NCBI GenBank assembly: GCA_964016885.1
Contig: OZ024746.1
Coordinates: 58,032,001-58,096,000 of the forward strand
Source: Eledone cirrhosa
Lineage: Eukaryota
Reading direction: 5' to 3'
Length of the DNA: 64,000 bases
The notes beneath the pieces are model-generated. The model had not been told where the DNA came from. It worked only from the letters and a program-made list of their open reading frames with translations, and did no database searches. Below are positions 28,268-43,880 of this stretch, piece by piece. A program made the translations under genes and the position numbers. How positions within the stretch are numbered: the first letter of the stretch is position 1; each line of letters opens with the position of its first letter.

Positions 28268-29819
28268 TATACATACATATATACATGATTGCTTCCCCCT
28301 CGTTATCGAGTATTGCACGATATACCATTATTAATAATCATCAATTAATTCTATCGTGCAAAGCCTGTGCGTGAAGATATTTTTTTTAAGTGAGGACAGA
28401 CTGTGCACTAAGCCAATCTCACTCTCTGAGTGACAGTAGCTATAACCCGAAAAGAAGAAAAGATCAACATCATCGGTAACTACTGAGCCGCAGGTTTTAT
28501 GTCGGAGTTATCCCAGTTTCCTGAGTTGCCTTCTAGAAGAATGCCCCGACAAAGTCTAGGGGTCCTTCACTCCCAGTGGTTTAACCACGCGATCGGGTGT
28601 CCAACCCGACTATTTCTATGTCCCCGCGCATATATATACACAATACACATGCACCCTTGCAGACACACATGTACATATACATCTATATGTACATGTGTAT
28701 ACATATATATGTACATGTGTATACATATATTTACTAATTTTTGGATGGCCGTTGACTCTTATGAGTTCTTCCGCCCATGGTCATGTTTTGTATTTTGTCC
28801 TGCAGGGTGACCAAAATCACCCTCCTCACTAAGTAAACTTGGTGGGGTTGCCGGTTTAGTCGCCGACGACCCGACATACATACATGCATACATGGGGATA
28901 CATATAGAGAGAAAGGAAGAGAAAATTAGCGTCGTATATAGAATCGTAAATAATAGAATAATAGTGAGTAGAGTAACTACTTATTTCATATTCATAAATA
29001 TAGTACAACCTTTCATGTTTCTCGCTAGTAGTTCAACAAATATAAAGGATGTTTATGGTGCATTGTATGTGTATATTTTTCTGAATGTTTCTCAATGTAT
29101 TATCCTGTAATTTGTCTTTACTTATTTCAAATTCTTCAGAAATAAGCAATTATATTTTATATACTTAATTTTGATACTAAATTTCATAGAGAAATTTGTA
29201 ATTCTGTTTCCATATTGTTTGGTGCCTCCATTACGCATTTTGGCACGTTCATACACAGCTGTTACATTATACTATTTCTTTATTGTTCTCATAAATTATA
29301 AATGTATACTGACGAATATGTTCCTTGTGTATTACTTGCATTTTCTCGGACTTAATCTAAATGCATATACATATATGAGTATATGTTTATTTATGTTCTT
29401 CGGTGGATTGATTTAAAGTTAGAGAATCTAAACAAGGCATAGAGATCAAATTCACTTAATGTATTCATAAAATGATTTTTAAAGACGTTTTTATATACCT
29501 CAAGATCAACCTTGATTAAGTACACCTATGCAGAAAGGTATTCCATGTAAGGTCATTTCACGATTTGTTTATTTAGACAGTACTTCTCCTTTTTTTTTTG
29601 AAGCAACAACTGAACATACCAAATAACCAGACCCAAGCCCAAACAAGAATGGAACTAAACATCATTGTATTATTTGTGGACGGGTGTTACTTAGCGTTCC
29701 AAAATCTAATCGAGATCTTATGCCAAAAAAAAAACAGACATACAGAGGGACCAAGAAGTGGTCAAGCATTGAGTCGAGCAGACGGCATATATATAATATA
29801 CTGTATATATATCTATCTA

Positions 29820-30377
<558 letters not shown>

Positions 30378-30378
30378 T

Positions 30379-30564
30379 ATATTGTTATAATTTGGGAGGG
30401 TCATGTTGCCAATAAGAAACACACGCACCACCTGTTTCACTTGAAAAGTGAAAGCATCTGGTGCGTGTGTTTCTTATTGGCAACATGACCTTCCCAAAGT
30501 ATAACAATATCGGTTTCAACACACGTTTTCAGATAAAGAATCTTGCTAAACAAATTCAGAAATG

Positions 30565-30643
<79 letters not shown>

Positions 30644-30832
30644 TTTTGATATAGAAGATCTTCTACAGTACTAGAACTGTTTCATTCATAAGAAAAATTC
30701 AGGGAGCTCCCTGAAAATTACCCACGAATGAAACAGTTCTAATCCTGTAGAAGCTCTTCTATATTAAAACCTTTATACTCTGCTATGTATTGAGTACCTT
30801 ACTTACTGTGGTTACCTCCGATTTAACCCGGA

Positions 30833-30886
<54 letters not shown>

Positions 30887-31083
30887 GTGCATGTGTTGGT
30901 TGTTTACCGACACTTCAGTATGCAGTTTAGAGCATTCAACGAAGTGCAGAGGTGGGTCTTTTTACTCTGGAGTAATGTAAAACTAACGTGGCTATCACTG
31001 AAATATATATATATGTAAACTTCGTTGAGTGCTCTAAATTGCATACTGAATTGTTGGTGAACAACCAACACATACACAAAATT
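30379..31083. repeat. Three short fold-back elements in (TA)n (30379-30568, 30641-30838, 30881-31083)
   Basis: Each has inverted arms of about 55-65 bp; the first two have one-sided tails and GAAA..TC HHR 3'-half remnants. Confidence 0.75.
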
Positions 31084-31264
31084 ATATATATATATAGAGA
31101 GAGAGAAAAAAGATGAAATCGAAAATTCAACTGGAGTCATATTCTTTAAAAAATGTATATATATGTATTTGGTTCCTTTTCCGGTTTCGCAGTTCTTCTG
31201 CTTTTTAAAAGTAGAGTTGAGATGGAGGGTCTGTGGTTTTTCTCACGTCTGTGGTTTTTTCTCA

Positions 31265-31298
<34 letters not shown>

Positions 31299-31307
31299 GT
31301 GTGTGTG

Positions 31308-31357
<50 letters not shown>

Positions 31358-32429
31358 GAGAGAAATAGAGAGAGAGAGTGGGAGAGGGAGGCAGGTGAGA
31401 AAGAGATAGATAGATATGGAATAAATATGTGCCGAGTATGAGCTACAAAATATCTATCCAACACTTAGTGTATTTCTGCAGCAAGCAAGTTACAATATCT
31501 CTGTAAATTCTGCCAGTATTCTTGCAAACAACAACAAATTCACCAGCGTCCCGGTCAACTTCAGGCTAACCTTCTGTATAGTGCAATCTTTTAAGCAATA
31601 TTTTACGTGTTTCTGCATATTATTGTGCATCTATATAATAGTATTTAATGTGTATTATAGCAATGAAAGGGCAACAGTTTTGCAAGTGTTTGGGTAGTTC
31701 AATAAAACGGTTAGGAATTTATGGGCGAGTAAGGTTCGCCAAATACGAGATTTATTAAATTCGTATTCTCCTTGCACGTCTGATGCCATGAATCATTGGG
31801 GAGTGGAGTGAATAAACAAATATAGACAAAATATATATTATAGAAAATAGAAGATCTAATGCAATAAATGCTGCAATAAGAACCGTGATATATATAGGGA
31901 GCTGTGTTCGGGGTGTAGGTAGTAATAGTGGTGGTTTGGGTGGTGTGTTCAGATAGAGCTATTGATAGTGATGGTGTCGTTAGTTTTATCCCAAGTAGAG
32001 AGTTGTTATTGGTACTGTGTTGATGGTGCTGTACTTAGATTGCATGTGGCCGACATAGCTAGTGAGAGAGATTTAGTGAGGAATATATAGAGAGATTAAG
32101 ACAATGAGAGAAATAAATAGTGATATAGATAGATATATTTCTTTATTTGCCACAACAACGTAAAAAAATTGGACATTACAAGACATGATGGTGGGGTTAT
32201 ATAGATAGATAGATTGATTGATTAATTGATAGATAGATAGCATACGTGTAAGGCATGTCTATGGTTACTTGAGGACTAACTAGAAATATTTTGAGGAAAA
32301 ATACAACATTACTGATGAAGAGAATGAGAGAAATAAATAGCAAGTGATATAGATAGATAGAAAGATGTATGTATATAGATAGATAGACATACAGACAAAC
32401 AGATAGTTATATATATAAATAGATAGATT

Positions 32430-32484
<55 letters not shown>

Positions 32485-32487
<3 letters not shown>

Positions 32488-33460
32488 TTTCTTTTTATTT
32501 GCCACTAGGGCATCAAAAAGTGGGACAAGTACAATGGGGGGAGTTTACATAACAAGGCGTCCTCAATAAGGAGGAGGCAATAACAAAATATAAAAATAAA
32601 ATAAAATATAACAAGATAAAATTTATAACAAAATCCTCAATAGAGAGGAGGCGCCTTGGGGGGTTGCACACACCCCCGAAAAAAGTGTGCAACCCTTCTC
32701 TTCAGGAGCACAGAGAGGGGGTGCTCCCTTGGTCTTTCATCTTCCTCACCTATAGTCTGATGTAGAGTGAATGCCCATTCACACGGGCCATTCTCGCCAC
32801 TTTCACCCATCTTTCATAAAAACGGCTGGGGTGCAGCACTTCTCTCTCCATCATGATCCTCCTTCCGAAATGATATCGGAAGAAACGAACCAGTTGTTGG
32901 CCAGAGAGAAAAGCGTCTGACCTCAGTCCTTTCAGACGCGTCCACCATACAACCTCTTTTGCCATGGCTATTACACACAGAAACACCGCCTCTCCTTCGT
33001 TTTTGAAGAGGGGAGGCGCCTTGATCATTACAATAGACTTGGTGGTCAACCGGATCGGCCCCACCCTTGACAGCAGTTGTTCGACATAGCTCCACAGATC
33101 GGCAATGCCCGAGCAGTGTACCAATGCGTGTGCAACGGTTTCCTCGTCGCAAACGCATCTGGGACAGATCTTTTTCGAGGGGTCCCTACCCGGGCGCCCG
33201 TGTCTGTAGAGCCTTTCTCGAACGGGCAGAGCCCCTCTGTAGCACTGCCAGGCCAGGGACCTCTGGAAGTTATCCATGGGTCCCGGGCTGAATGTCCTAC
33301 CGAACAGGTTGACCAGTTCGTCTTCCTCCATGCCTAGGGCTTCTCCGAGGGCGTCATCGCACCTGCTAACCACCAGCCCTCTATAGAATGACGAGGTGGA
33401 TTCTCCACTGACAGCCGGGTCCGCCTGCCAGAGAGCCGTGAGCGCCAGGGCACACTCGGT
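32485..33460 (-). mobile_element. Tx1 3' fragment (subfamily of the 14221 copy)
   Basis: ORF 32750-33529 with CPRC..HALVHC; GATA on both flanks. Confidence 0.9.
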
Positions 33461-33515
<55 letters not shown>

Positions 33516-33557
33516 GGATAGATAGGCACACTCGGATAGATAGATAGATAGATAGAT

Positions 33558-34146
33558 ATATTTCTTTATTAGCCACAGGGGCACAAAAGAAGGGGACAAA
33601 TACAAAGGGGGAAGTTTACATACAATAAAAACGTGTAAAATGTTATCACAGATGGAATTTAAAAGTTAGTCGATTTTCCCCAATAGAGGGAGACAGTTTA
33701 TATGGGTAACACAGACCCCCGAAAAAAATGTGCAACCCTCATCTCCAGGAGTACGAAGAGCTTGTACTCCTTTCCTCTCCTCCTCCTTTTCCTCAACCTA
33801 CAGGCTGATATAGAGAGAAGGCCCATTCACTCGGGCCATTCTCGCCACTTTCACCCACCTTTCATAAAACTTGCTGGGGTACAGCACCTCTCTCTCCATC
33901 CTGATTCTTCTTCCAAAGTGGTATTTGAAAAAAAGAATCAGTTGTTGGCCGGAGAGAAAGGTGTCTGACCTCAGCCCTTTCAACCTTGTCCACCATACAA
34001 CCTCTTTCGCCATAGCTATCACACAAAGGAAAACCGCCTCTCCTTCGTTTTTGAAGGAGGGTGGCGGTTTGATCATGACAATGGACTCGGTGGTCAACTG
34101 GATTGGTCCCACCCGCGACAATAGTCGTTCCACATAGCCCCACAGG
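33558..34146 (-). mobile_element. Tx1 3' fragment (subfamily of the 12521 copy)
   Basis: ORF 33798-34133; GATA on both flanks. Confidence 0.88.
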
Positions 34147-34193
<47 letters not shown>

Positions 34194-34204
34194 ATAGAAA
34201 GATA

Positions 34205-36632
34205 TTTTTATTTATTTGCCACAGGGCCGTACAAAAAATGGGACATTACAAGACGTAATAATAAAATAACAATTGAAATCCCCAATAGCGGGAACGTTAC
34301 TGAAGGGTTGTTTTACACCCCGTGGCTAGAACGAACCTCAACACCAGGAACACGTTTTGTAGATGTTCCTGTGCTCCTTCTGTTTATAACCCTCAACCTA
34401 CAGGTTTATATACAGAGAATGCCCATTCAATGGGGCCATTTTCACCACATTCTCGCACCTTTCAGCGAATTTACTGGGTTGTAGCACCTCTCTCTACTCT
34501 CACCTTCCTTCTGAAGTGGTACTTAAAGAAGGGGATAAGCTGTTGTCCGGAAAGAAAGGTGTTTACCCTCAGTCCTTTTAACCATATTACCTCTTTCGCC
34601 ATAGTCACCAGACAGAGAAAAACAGCTTCTCCTTCACTTTTAAATGAAGGTGGCGGAGTGATCTTCACGACGGACTCGGCTGACAACTGGATGCGTCCCA
34701 CACGCGACAGTATCTGTTCAACACAATTCCACAGGTCGGTCACACCTGGGCACTGAACAATTGCGTGCAGAACGGTTTCGATGTCCTGCTCGCATCTTGG
34801 ACAAGTCCTTGGCAGGATCTCTGCCAGGGCTTCTGTGCCTGTAGATTTTGGCTCGAACTGGTAGAGCTCCTCGGCAGCACTACCAGGCAAGAGACCTCTG
34901 GAAGTTATGCATAGGCGCTGGACGGAAAGTCCTCCTGAACAAACTGGTCAGTTCGTCCTCCTCGATGCCTAGAATTTCCCCTAGAACGTCGTCGCACTTA
35001 TCCTCGATAAATCCACTATAGAATGTCGAAGTGGAGTCTCCGCTGATTGTCGTTTCCGCTTGGTAGAGGGCTGTGAGCGCCTGTAGGCACGCGAGGGGCC
35101 AGGCACATATTTTCCGCCTTCGCTTGAGCCAGGACTGCAGCTCTGTTAGTGGGACGAGTTGTGGAAGAGCTTGTCTCACAAACGACAGCCACACCGGTTC
35201 GCCGGTCAAGAATACCTGGAGATGGCGTAGCCTCAGCGCGTGTTTGCGCATCATCAGCCACGGCATGCCCAGCCCTCCTTTAGAAGGGTGTTGACAGCAG
35301 ATGGATCTCTTCACCAATGGAGACTGCTCTTCCAGAGGAACTTGAAGAGTAGGCCTTCCATTTTGGTGAAGTATTCGCGTGGACAAGGCATGACTGTCAA
35401 GCGGTTGTAGATGACGGAGGCTATGTAAGTGTTCGCCACCTCCGCTCGACCTTTCAAGGAGAGTTTGCACTCAGCCCACTTCTGGGTGAGTGCAAACACA
35501 TTCGCCGTGACCTCGTTCCAGTTCTTGTCCACATGGAGGTCTGGACCAAGCCAGATGCCGAGAAGATGTTGGTGTGCATGGCACGAACCAGCCTCTTAAG
35601 ACGGGACCAAAGCTGGCCGCCTTGAGAACCACTTTTAAGTATTGATGGTCGACCGTATCAAATGCATTAGACTGATCTAAATTGATCAGAGCCCCACCGA
35701 AGCAAGGTTTACACCCTACCCTCTCTATGATGTATCGCATGAGGTGGAGGTTGTCGTCTATGGACCTGGTAGGGATTGCACACTTTTGCGCTTCCCCTTC
35801 CAGCTTCTCGACGACAAGCGCCAGGCTCGTTGCTAACACCTTGGCCAAAATCTTTAACTCTGTATTGAGCAGAGTTATGGGCCTGAAATTGCTTATATCA
35901 TCCCCCTTGTTCTCATCTTTCTTGATCAGCTTACTATGCCTCTACCTACAGAATTGGGAATCCTCCCGTTCTGCTGCCAATTGAAGTAGACAACTTCGAG
36001 GACGCGAGAGAACAAGTCTGGCATGCCTATGTACAACTTATACGGTACACCATCTAAACCGGTTAATTTGCGTTTCCCGCAGTGGCCTAGGGCATCTTCT
36101 ATTTCATCCCCTGTGATCGGCCTTTCGCAGCGCTCCGCATCCGTGCTCGAGATCGTGGTACGCTCTCGAGATAGGAGCTGAAGTCCATCACCTCGCTCGA
36201 CGTACCGTTTTTCCCAAACAGTTGTGTAAAATGCTGCTGGAAGGCCGTGCACATCTGCCTGGATTCAAGTATAATGCGCCCATCTTTGTCTTGCAAAGAC
36301 CGAATTGTGGATTTGTTGCCACTTTTCGCTTCTGCCACTCGGGCCCAGCTAACAGCTTTGGCTCCCTCGTTTCTTAGAGCACGTGTTCTACTTCTGACAA
36401 TGCAACCTTCGTGTTTCACGTTGAAGAACTGGTCTAGTGCCGTTCTCGCCGCTAGCACGTCAGCTGTACTGCCATTCCTAAGTGACTCTCCTACTTAAGC
36501 TACCAGTTCATTTTCATTTTTGTTTTTTCTAAAGCTACTTCCTTGCTAAATGCTATCGATTCGATTCTAATTGCTCTCTTGAGAGAGCACAACCCCTTGT
36601 TGTTGACGATCACCCCCGTCAACTGGCACTTA
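34205..36632 (-). mobile_element. Tx1 2.4-kb fragment (subfamily of the 13461 copy), internally deleted near 35565
   Basis: HEGCIVRS, NFRPITLLN region and NAFDTVDH, then a jump to PDLHVDKNW..KLSLKGRAEVAN. Confidence 0.88.
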
Positions 36633-37410
36633 ACTAAGATTTTTGGAGTTCCACTTCATCCTTACTTGGAGATGTTGAGGTTCCCATGTATGAAGTGTTA
36701 TCATTGTGGGTAGGTGGGAGGCGTATGTTGTGTGGTGGTGGAGTGTTGTGTGTGTGTTTGTGGGAGTGTTGGACTGAGGAGGAAGGGGTGGGACAGAGTC
36801 TTTCAGGGGAATGTTTGGTGTAACGATAGATATGCATACGTGTAAGGCATGCAATGGGTATTTGAGAACTAACTAAATATATTTTGAGGGAAAATATAGC
36901 ATTAATGAATTCGTAACATAAATCAATGACATGTGCAGGTGTTGAGTATTCGTTGTATTGTGACTTCATTAAATAAGCATGCCTTCCACATAACTTACTA
37001 ATGTGGTAATGATGGAATCGTCAAGTTAACGTGCAATATTATTGGCATAAACATTGACAAATGTCTAGGGACTAAATATTTCAAATACACAATTAGAATG
37101 AACACAAATAATGGAGTGAAGTGTTTACATATTTAATGAAAGCAGATAAACAGATGTAAATATGCCGGTAAGAGAAAAAAAGCAAATGGAAAATACGATA
37201 TTGTTGAATGACTAAGAGAACGTGAACCAAATTTCATCAACTCTGTGTATTTATCAGTGTATCTTAGTATCGCACTACATATCTACCTTCCTAATTACCA
37301 GGGCATCTCCATAGCTTCCTCTGTATCTATCCATCTATATATCTATGTATCTATCTATCTATCTATCTATCCATCTATCTATCTATCTATCTATCTATCT
37401 TTATCTATCT

Positions 37411-40182
37411 GGGATGGAAACACGCGTGAAACTTGCTGGGTAAGTTCTGCCTAAATTTCCATAGAAATTCCTAACTGTAAACTTTCATTTGTGTACCATC
37501 TTGTAGAGGGACTGCCAGGTCAAATTTTGATCTGGTCAGTCTCTCAAAATATTCTACGCCTTTAGGCGAAATATTACATAAAAAGTTTTTTTTTTGGAAA
37601 AGCTAGCATTTAAAAACAATGGCTGAAGTTTCTTCACCAACATTCGAAAGAGAAAAGGGGAAAATATGCTTACAGCTTCCCCCTGCCACTGTCATAGTAG
37701 CAGATGTCAAAGACAAAGGTCAACCAGAGGTAGAATTTTCTCCACTTGCTGACTGACAACTTGACGTTGCCATGGCAACAAATCAAAACAACACCACCAG
37801 CGGCACCAGCAACAAAAATAACAACAATGATATGAACGAAAACACAACTTCACAAATGAATTCCGCAACCACAGATCAAGCAATTAAGAACTAGAAAAAC
37901 AACAACAACAACAACGACCACAATGACAACAACAACAACAGCAACAATGATGACAACAACACTATAGCAGCAACAATAATGACAACAACACCAACAAGAA
38001 CAACTCCACAAACAAGGAAAAAAAGGTCTCTTTTGCACAAACTGTCCAAAATACAGAACTATATACACAGATTGACATCTCTAATGCCGGAGAATTGTTA
38101 AGAGATGTCAAGTAATATTTAACTTTTGGGGAGAATGGCGCTTTTAGCATCACTTCTCCCCAAGAATTGCGTAGAGACACTGTCCTGAAGACCATAGTTT
38201 TTAGGACAATCTCAAATACCACCAGAAAACTGGCTCAATTAAATCAAAACGAAATTGAGCTGGTTCTAAGAAACTCCATGAAGGACATAGCCTTCATACA
38301 GAAGGGAAAACTCTTCGGGAGTTTATCAATAATAAGGAAAGACCAATTGACGGCACAGAAATATTCTGTGTCGCCAATTGTGTGTCCCCGCTACACCTTT
38401 TTCCCCACATACATGGGAAAAAGGAACCAAAAAATAAAAATAACAAATATCACACGAAATGTAAACATTTGGTGGATAATAGCTGGTTTCATCAATTTTG
38501 ATGAAGACACAGTAATTTCGGTAGCAAAGTCCTCCAGGGGCATATTCAACGGCTTAGAAGTTCTGGTCCAAATAAGACCAGAACGGATAGCTAGAATACC
38601 ACAACGTGTGACTCTGGACGGAAATTCCTACATAAACATTTCTGTTGAGGGTAGGCGGCCTTTATGTTACCACTGTTTAAGCAGTGGTCACCTGAGGGCT
38701 TCCTATCCGCAATTAACTGGAATTAAAAAAAGGCACTACTGCCGACACCCAATACAACAACAAAATCACTACCACCACCACAACAACAACAACAACACAA
38801 CAGACAAAAACAAACCAAACTGCATACACAGTCCCACCCAACACCTCCCCACCTAAAATAACACCAGAAACACCCACACACATAACAGCTCCTCAAAATG
38901 TACCCCTCCCCAACAACAAGGATGGGGCCTCATCATCGTCACCCAGTGACGATGAGGGAGAGCCTTTCCGACCAGTAAAAAGAAAAAAAGAAAAGGCATA
39001 ACACAAACAAAAATGCAACAACCACACAAACACCCATACAACCGACGCAAACAGCACAAACAAAAACACCGCCTCCTGAAAACAAAACACCTACTACAAA
39101 ACGTAAACACACCAAGAACCACAGAAAAAAGCAACACAACACAACAAAAATGTTACACCTACATAAATACTAACAATAAAACTTTAACAGACACCATATA
39201 TAAAATCCCTTTTACACACTCTGCGGAGAATCCTAATCTTAAAATGATTAGGAACTCCATGGACACACATAAACAGTTAAAAGAAAAATTTCCTAACGAC
39301 GTAGGAAACCCCTGCGTCAAACCCTATAACCGCGTCGTTTTGAAATGTTTCCCCACCCCACCTGACATCCCCTCCCCACCAAACATCTCCGTCCCCACCC
39401 CACCCCACCAGAGACCACCACCCCACAAAACAACCCCTCCAACACCCCCATGGAAATTGTGCAACCTGGTCCCCAGGAGACGAAGAGGTGAGTGATTTCT
39501 TTTCCTCTTCTTTTAACTGTTCAGCACCAACATGGCCAATATAAGAGTTGGATGTGTGAATGTACGCGGCCTGGGGATGCCCTGGAAACAGGACAAACTC
39601 TTAAACGACCTCAGGTCGCACAGTATGGATGTAGTAGCCATTTGCGAATCCAGGATCCACAGCGAGCGACAACTGGCCCCCATCTTCGACGACTTTCAGA
39701 TCTACGTATCTCTCTGTCAGCCGTGAGGTGGGGGTGGGGTTGCCGTTTTGCTGCGGAAACACCTGGACCTCGGAACACATACGGTACATCTGGACCCGGA
39801 GGGACGACTGGTGGTCCTAGACGTTGACGGTAGTGAAGGTGGATCCTTCAGGCTAGTGGCCGCATATGCCCCATCCGAGACACCGCGGCCAGACTTCTTC
39901 AAACGTCTAGAGACTTTTCTGATAACGTCCCGCTCCCTGCTGTTAGTGGGGGACTGGAATGGAATCCTAGATGCACGTTGGGACTATGTGAGAGCATGTC
40001 CCGATAGAGGTATTAAACGGGGTATTAAACAACCCATTTGTGGCATCTCCCTCCTATTGGGGATTTCGATTGTTTTAATTGTTTGTTTTATATTTTTTTT
40101 TCCACGACTGTATGTAAAATCCCCGGCATGTGTCTTTGTATTGTCCCCTTTTCTTGTGCGCCATTGTGGCAAATAAAGAAAT
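37411..40182 (+). mobile_element. Tx1 copy with 5'UTR, ORF1 and EN start joined by a large deletion to the 3'UTR; flanked by (TATC)n
   Basis: ORF1 VEGRRPLCYHCLSSGHLRAS; EN MANIRVGCVNVRGL..GDWNG; end gtggcaaataaagaaa-tctatc. Confidence 0.88.
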
Positions 40183-40269
40183 CTATCTTTCTATCTATCT
40201 ATCAGAATATATAGTTATCTACCTACATATCTAACTATCATTTTATTTGTCAACTTATTTGTCTATCGC

Positions 40270-42128
40270 CAAATAGACAGAACAACCCAATCTGCAGGAA
40301 ACGAAAAGGTATGTACATCTTTTCGTCCTTTCGCCAATTCTTCTCCACCAATATGGCTAATTTAAGAGTTGGATTTGTGAATGTGCGTGGCCTAGAGATG
40401 TCCTGGAAACAGGCCTTTTAAACGACGTTAGGTCATACGGTATGGATATGATAGCCATCACCGAGTCCATGATCCACAACAGGCAGCAACTAAGCCCTAT
40501 CTTCAATTACTTTGAGATCTATGCTTCTCTATGTCAGCCAGTAAGTGGAGAGAGAGTGGCTGTCATGTTTCGGAAAAACCTGGACGTCGAAGTACAGCAA
40601 GTACACTTGGAACCGGAGGATAGACTGGTAGGCCTAGACGTGAACAGTGTTGGAGGTGGGGCCTTCAGACTGGTGGCCATTTATGCCCCCACTGGGCAAT
40701 CGCGGCCAGACCTCTTTAAGCGTCTTTTCTGGGAACGTCTCGCTCCTTGCTTTTAGTGAGGAATTGGAATTGTATCCCAGACGCACGATGGGACTATCTA
40801 GGGCATGTCCCAGTAGAGGGGAGTGCAACAGCCTCAAAAATTTAATCGGCCAATTCCAACTGGTCGATAGGCATCGATTTGCTTTCCCGAGTGCACCACA
40901 GTGGACGTGGACAAATCGAAGCGCGACATCTAGATCGTATTTAGAAAGGTTCCTTATTAGAGAGAGAGACACGAAGATGTTAAGCTGTCCACAAATGTAC
41001 AGGGTTGCCTATTTAGACCACAAACTAGTAATCTGCATAGTCAACCGTGATAGAATACATAGACAAGGACTCGGATACTGGAAGCTGAACGCGTCGTTAC
41101 CGACACGTAAAGCATACAGTGGTCGGATAAGTAAATTGGTTAGCAACAGTTGACGGGAGCCATTGTCAACGATAGATGGTGGTACTCTCTCAAGAGAGCA
41201 ATTAGAGTGGAGTCGATAGACTTTAGCAGATAATTAGCCTTAGAGAAAAAAACAAAACAGAAACAGAACTAGTAGCCAAGGTAGAGGAGGCGCTTAGGAG
41301 TGGCAACGCAACTATAGTGCTAGCAATGAGAACGGCAATGGACCAGTTCTTCGACGCGAAACACGAAGGCTGCGTTGTCAAAAGTAAATCACATGCTCTA
41401 GACATCGAAGGAGCAAAAGCTGTTAGCTGAGCCCGAGTGACAGAGGCGAAATGTGGCAACTTTTAAAGACCAAAACGGACGTGTGCTACTTGACTCCAAG
41501 CGGATGTGCGCGGCCTTTCAGCGGCACTTTGCGCAACGGCGCGAGCAGAGCAGCGGTGCGCCGAACAGGGGAATGCACTTCGGTACATACCTCGACGGCC
41601 TGCCGCGTCTCCCAAGCATGGACGCCGAATTATGCGAATAACCGATCACAGCCACTGAAATACGGGACGCTCTGGGCCGCTGCGGGAAACGCAAATCACC
41701 CAGTCTAGATGGTTCACCCTATGAGTTTTACATAGGCATGACATACTTGTACTCTGGCGTCCTCGAAGCCGTCTACTGCAGCTGGCAGCAGAGCGGGAGA
41801 ATTCCCAGTTCTGCAGGCATGGGCCTAGTAACGCTGAACAGGGTCAAGCGGAGACCGAAAACATGGGCACCTGACACATTGAGTGCGCTCAGGTGCTCAC
41901 AGTCCTCTTTCAAGCGGGCACAGCAATCAGTGGAGATTCCACTTCGACATTCTATAGAGGGTTAGTACGTTAAGTGCGACGACGTTCTCGGAGAGACTCT
42001 GGGCGTCGAAGACGACGAGCTCACCAGTCTGTTCGGTAGTTTTTTTACACGATTGTATGTAAAATCCACGGCATATGTCCTTGTATTGTTCCCTTTTCTT
42101 GTGCGCCCTTGTGGCAAATAAAGAAATA
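40270..42128 (+). mobile_element. Tx1 copy (ORF1 end, EN, RT start), multiply deleted, 3' end retained
   Basis: WTWTNRSATSRSYLERFL, YWKLNAS; end gtggcaaataaagaaa. Confidence 0.85.
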
Positions 42129-43578
42129 TATATATTCCCTCACCATTCATATAAAAATGTTAATGGAATATTTACTTAAACGTTCAAGATTGTTGTTATA
42201 ATTGTTTCCATTATTTTTATTGTTTTAGTTAGTCTTAATTGCGCTCTGGTATATTTCCGATATCATTACGTTTGTTTTTCACATATGTAATATATTTAGA
42301 AATACTTAAATATGTCTGCGTCTTTTTTCTTTTTTTTGTGAGAAAGTAGAAAGAGAATTGATAATAGGTTGGCTACTATTTTTGACGCAGATATTAATTT
42401 ACATCAAGATTGGCCGTTTCCTCGTTACTTAGACTGCGGTTTCCCTCCACCAATTCGCGACGATGACATCAAACCTGTGGAAGGAGCACCTATGTCAATA
42501 CATATCTGATGCAGCGAGCACCTCTGACTCTTCCCCTCATCAAAGCTTAGGCTAACTATTCTGAGAGGCACGGATGAGATGTATAGACTAGTCATTGGTG
42601 TAGAATTTGTTCCCACTCCATTTATTTCTCTCCCTTTTTCGTTATATTCCTTTTTATAGACGTTTTCAGAATATAATTTTACTTGGATTAAAATCAGTTC
42701 TGACGTGATAGTATAATTTCCTTCCACCTCAATAGATAATAATACATATTGACGTATTTATAGTAACATTACTAAAGTAACTGCGAAATAAGTGGCTTCA
42801 TTAGATGTACATTTAAACATTTACATTTGACTTATTTAAATATATGTGGATACATCGATACATGAGAATGCATGAGATAATTGACAATGGTGGCCTTTTG
42901 TCCTGTGTACAACATGCTGTTTACGTAATGATATCACGTGATGCACCTCTAGTTTAAGACTTTTACACTAAATCAAACTCTGAAAGTGCAAATCGAAGTG
43001 TTTTGAGAATTTAACATTTACTTGCAAATCTCAATTTTATGACATCAACGCACTTCCTCAGTTTAGTGATGTGCGTTTTAATTTTAGCTTCTTTTTTTTT
43101 AATGTCATTGCATTCTTTGGCGGTACAAGTTAAAAAGTACACAAACTAAAAAATAAACATCATCAAGCATAACAAGATCAAGAATGATAACAACAACAAG
43201 TAAAATAACAATCACAAAGACATAAACTTTAAGCACAACATTAAGCAAGAACAACGCTTAAAACCGAAGCCAGAATGACATTCCATTAATGTTATAAATG
43301 CCTCGTCATGAAACACTGTTCCAGAATCTAGCTTTATAAAAGACATCATGCTGCTATTTAACTGTAAAATTGCGAAAAGGGTTAACATTGAAAAAACAGA
43401 TCGAACACTTATTCAGCTTTATTTTATTCATTTCTCTATACTTCTAACAATATCCGACACAGAGAAACACGTTTATTTCCTCGCGCAATTCATTTTTCTT
43501 CGTCACGTGAATAATAGAATTAATTATTTTCATTTGTCTAGAATGCTTATATTGTTAGTCTATATTGTGTCATGATAC

Positions 43579-43641
<63 letters not shown>

Positions 43642-43699
43642 TATGTATGTATATATATAGTTTTGTGTATGTGTGTGTATGTGTATTTGTGTGTATAAG

Positions 43700-43880
43700 G
43701 GTTTAGTCCCATATACACTATGATTTCGATCTCAATGGTTACATGGTCAATTCGGAGCAGACGCATATGATGAGCAGTTACAAAACAACAGTCTCAGGGA
43801 GCAGCCCTGGCAGGAAACCATGCTGTGAATCAGAGGAAAACGAATGATTCAACAGATTCTGCACACTCCTAAATAACAAT
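43700..43880 (-). pseudogene. Very degenerate CR1/Jockey-type RT fragment
   Basis: Only the motif ..SDSQHGFLPG.. is recognisable. Confidence 0.35.

Noticed and set aside
42428-42600. Sushi/CCP-like exon beginning CGFPPPI
   Set aside because: In-frame stops, no further domain motifs and no neighbouring exons
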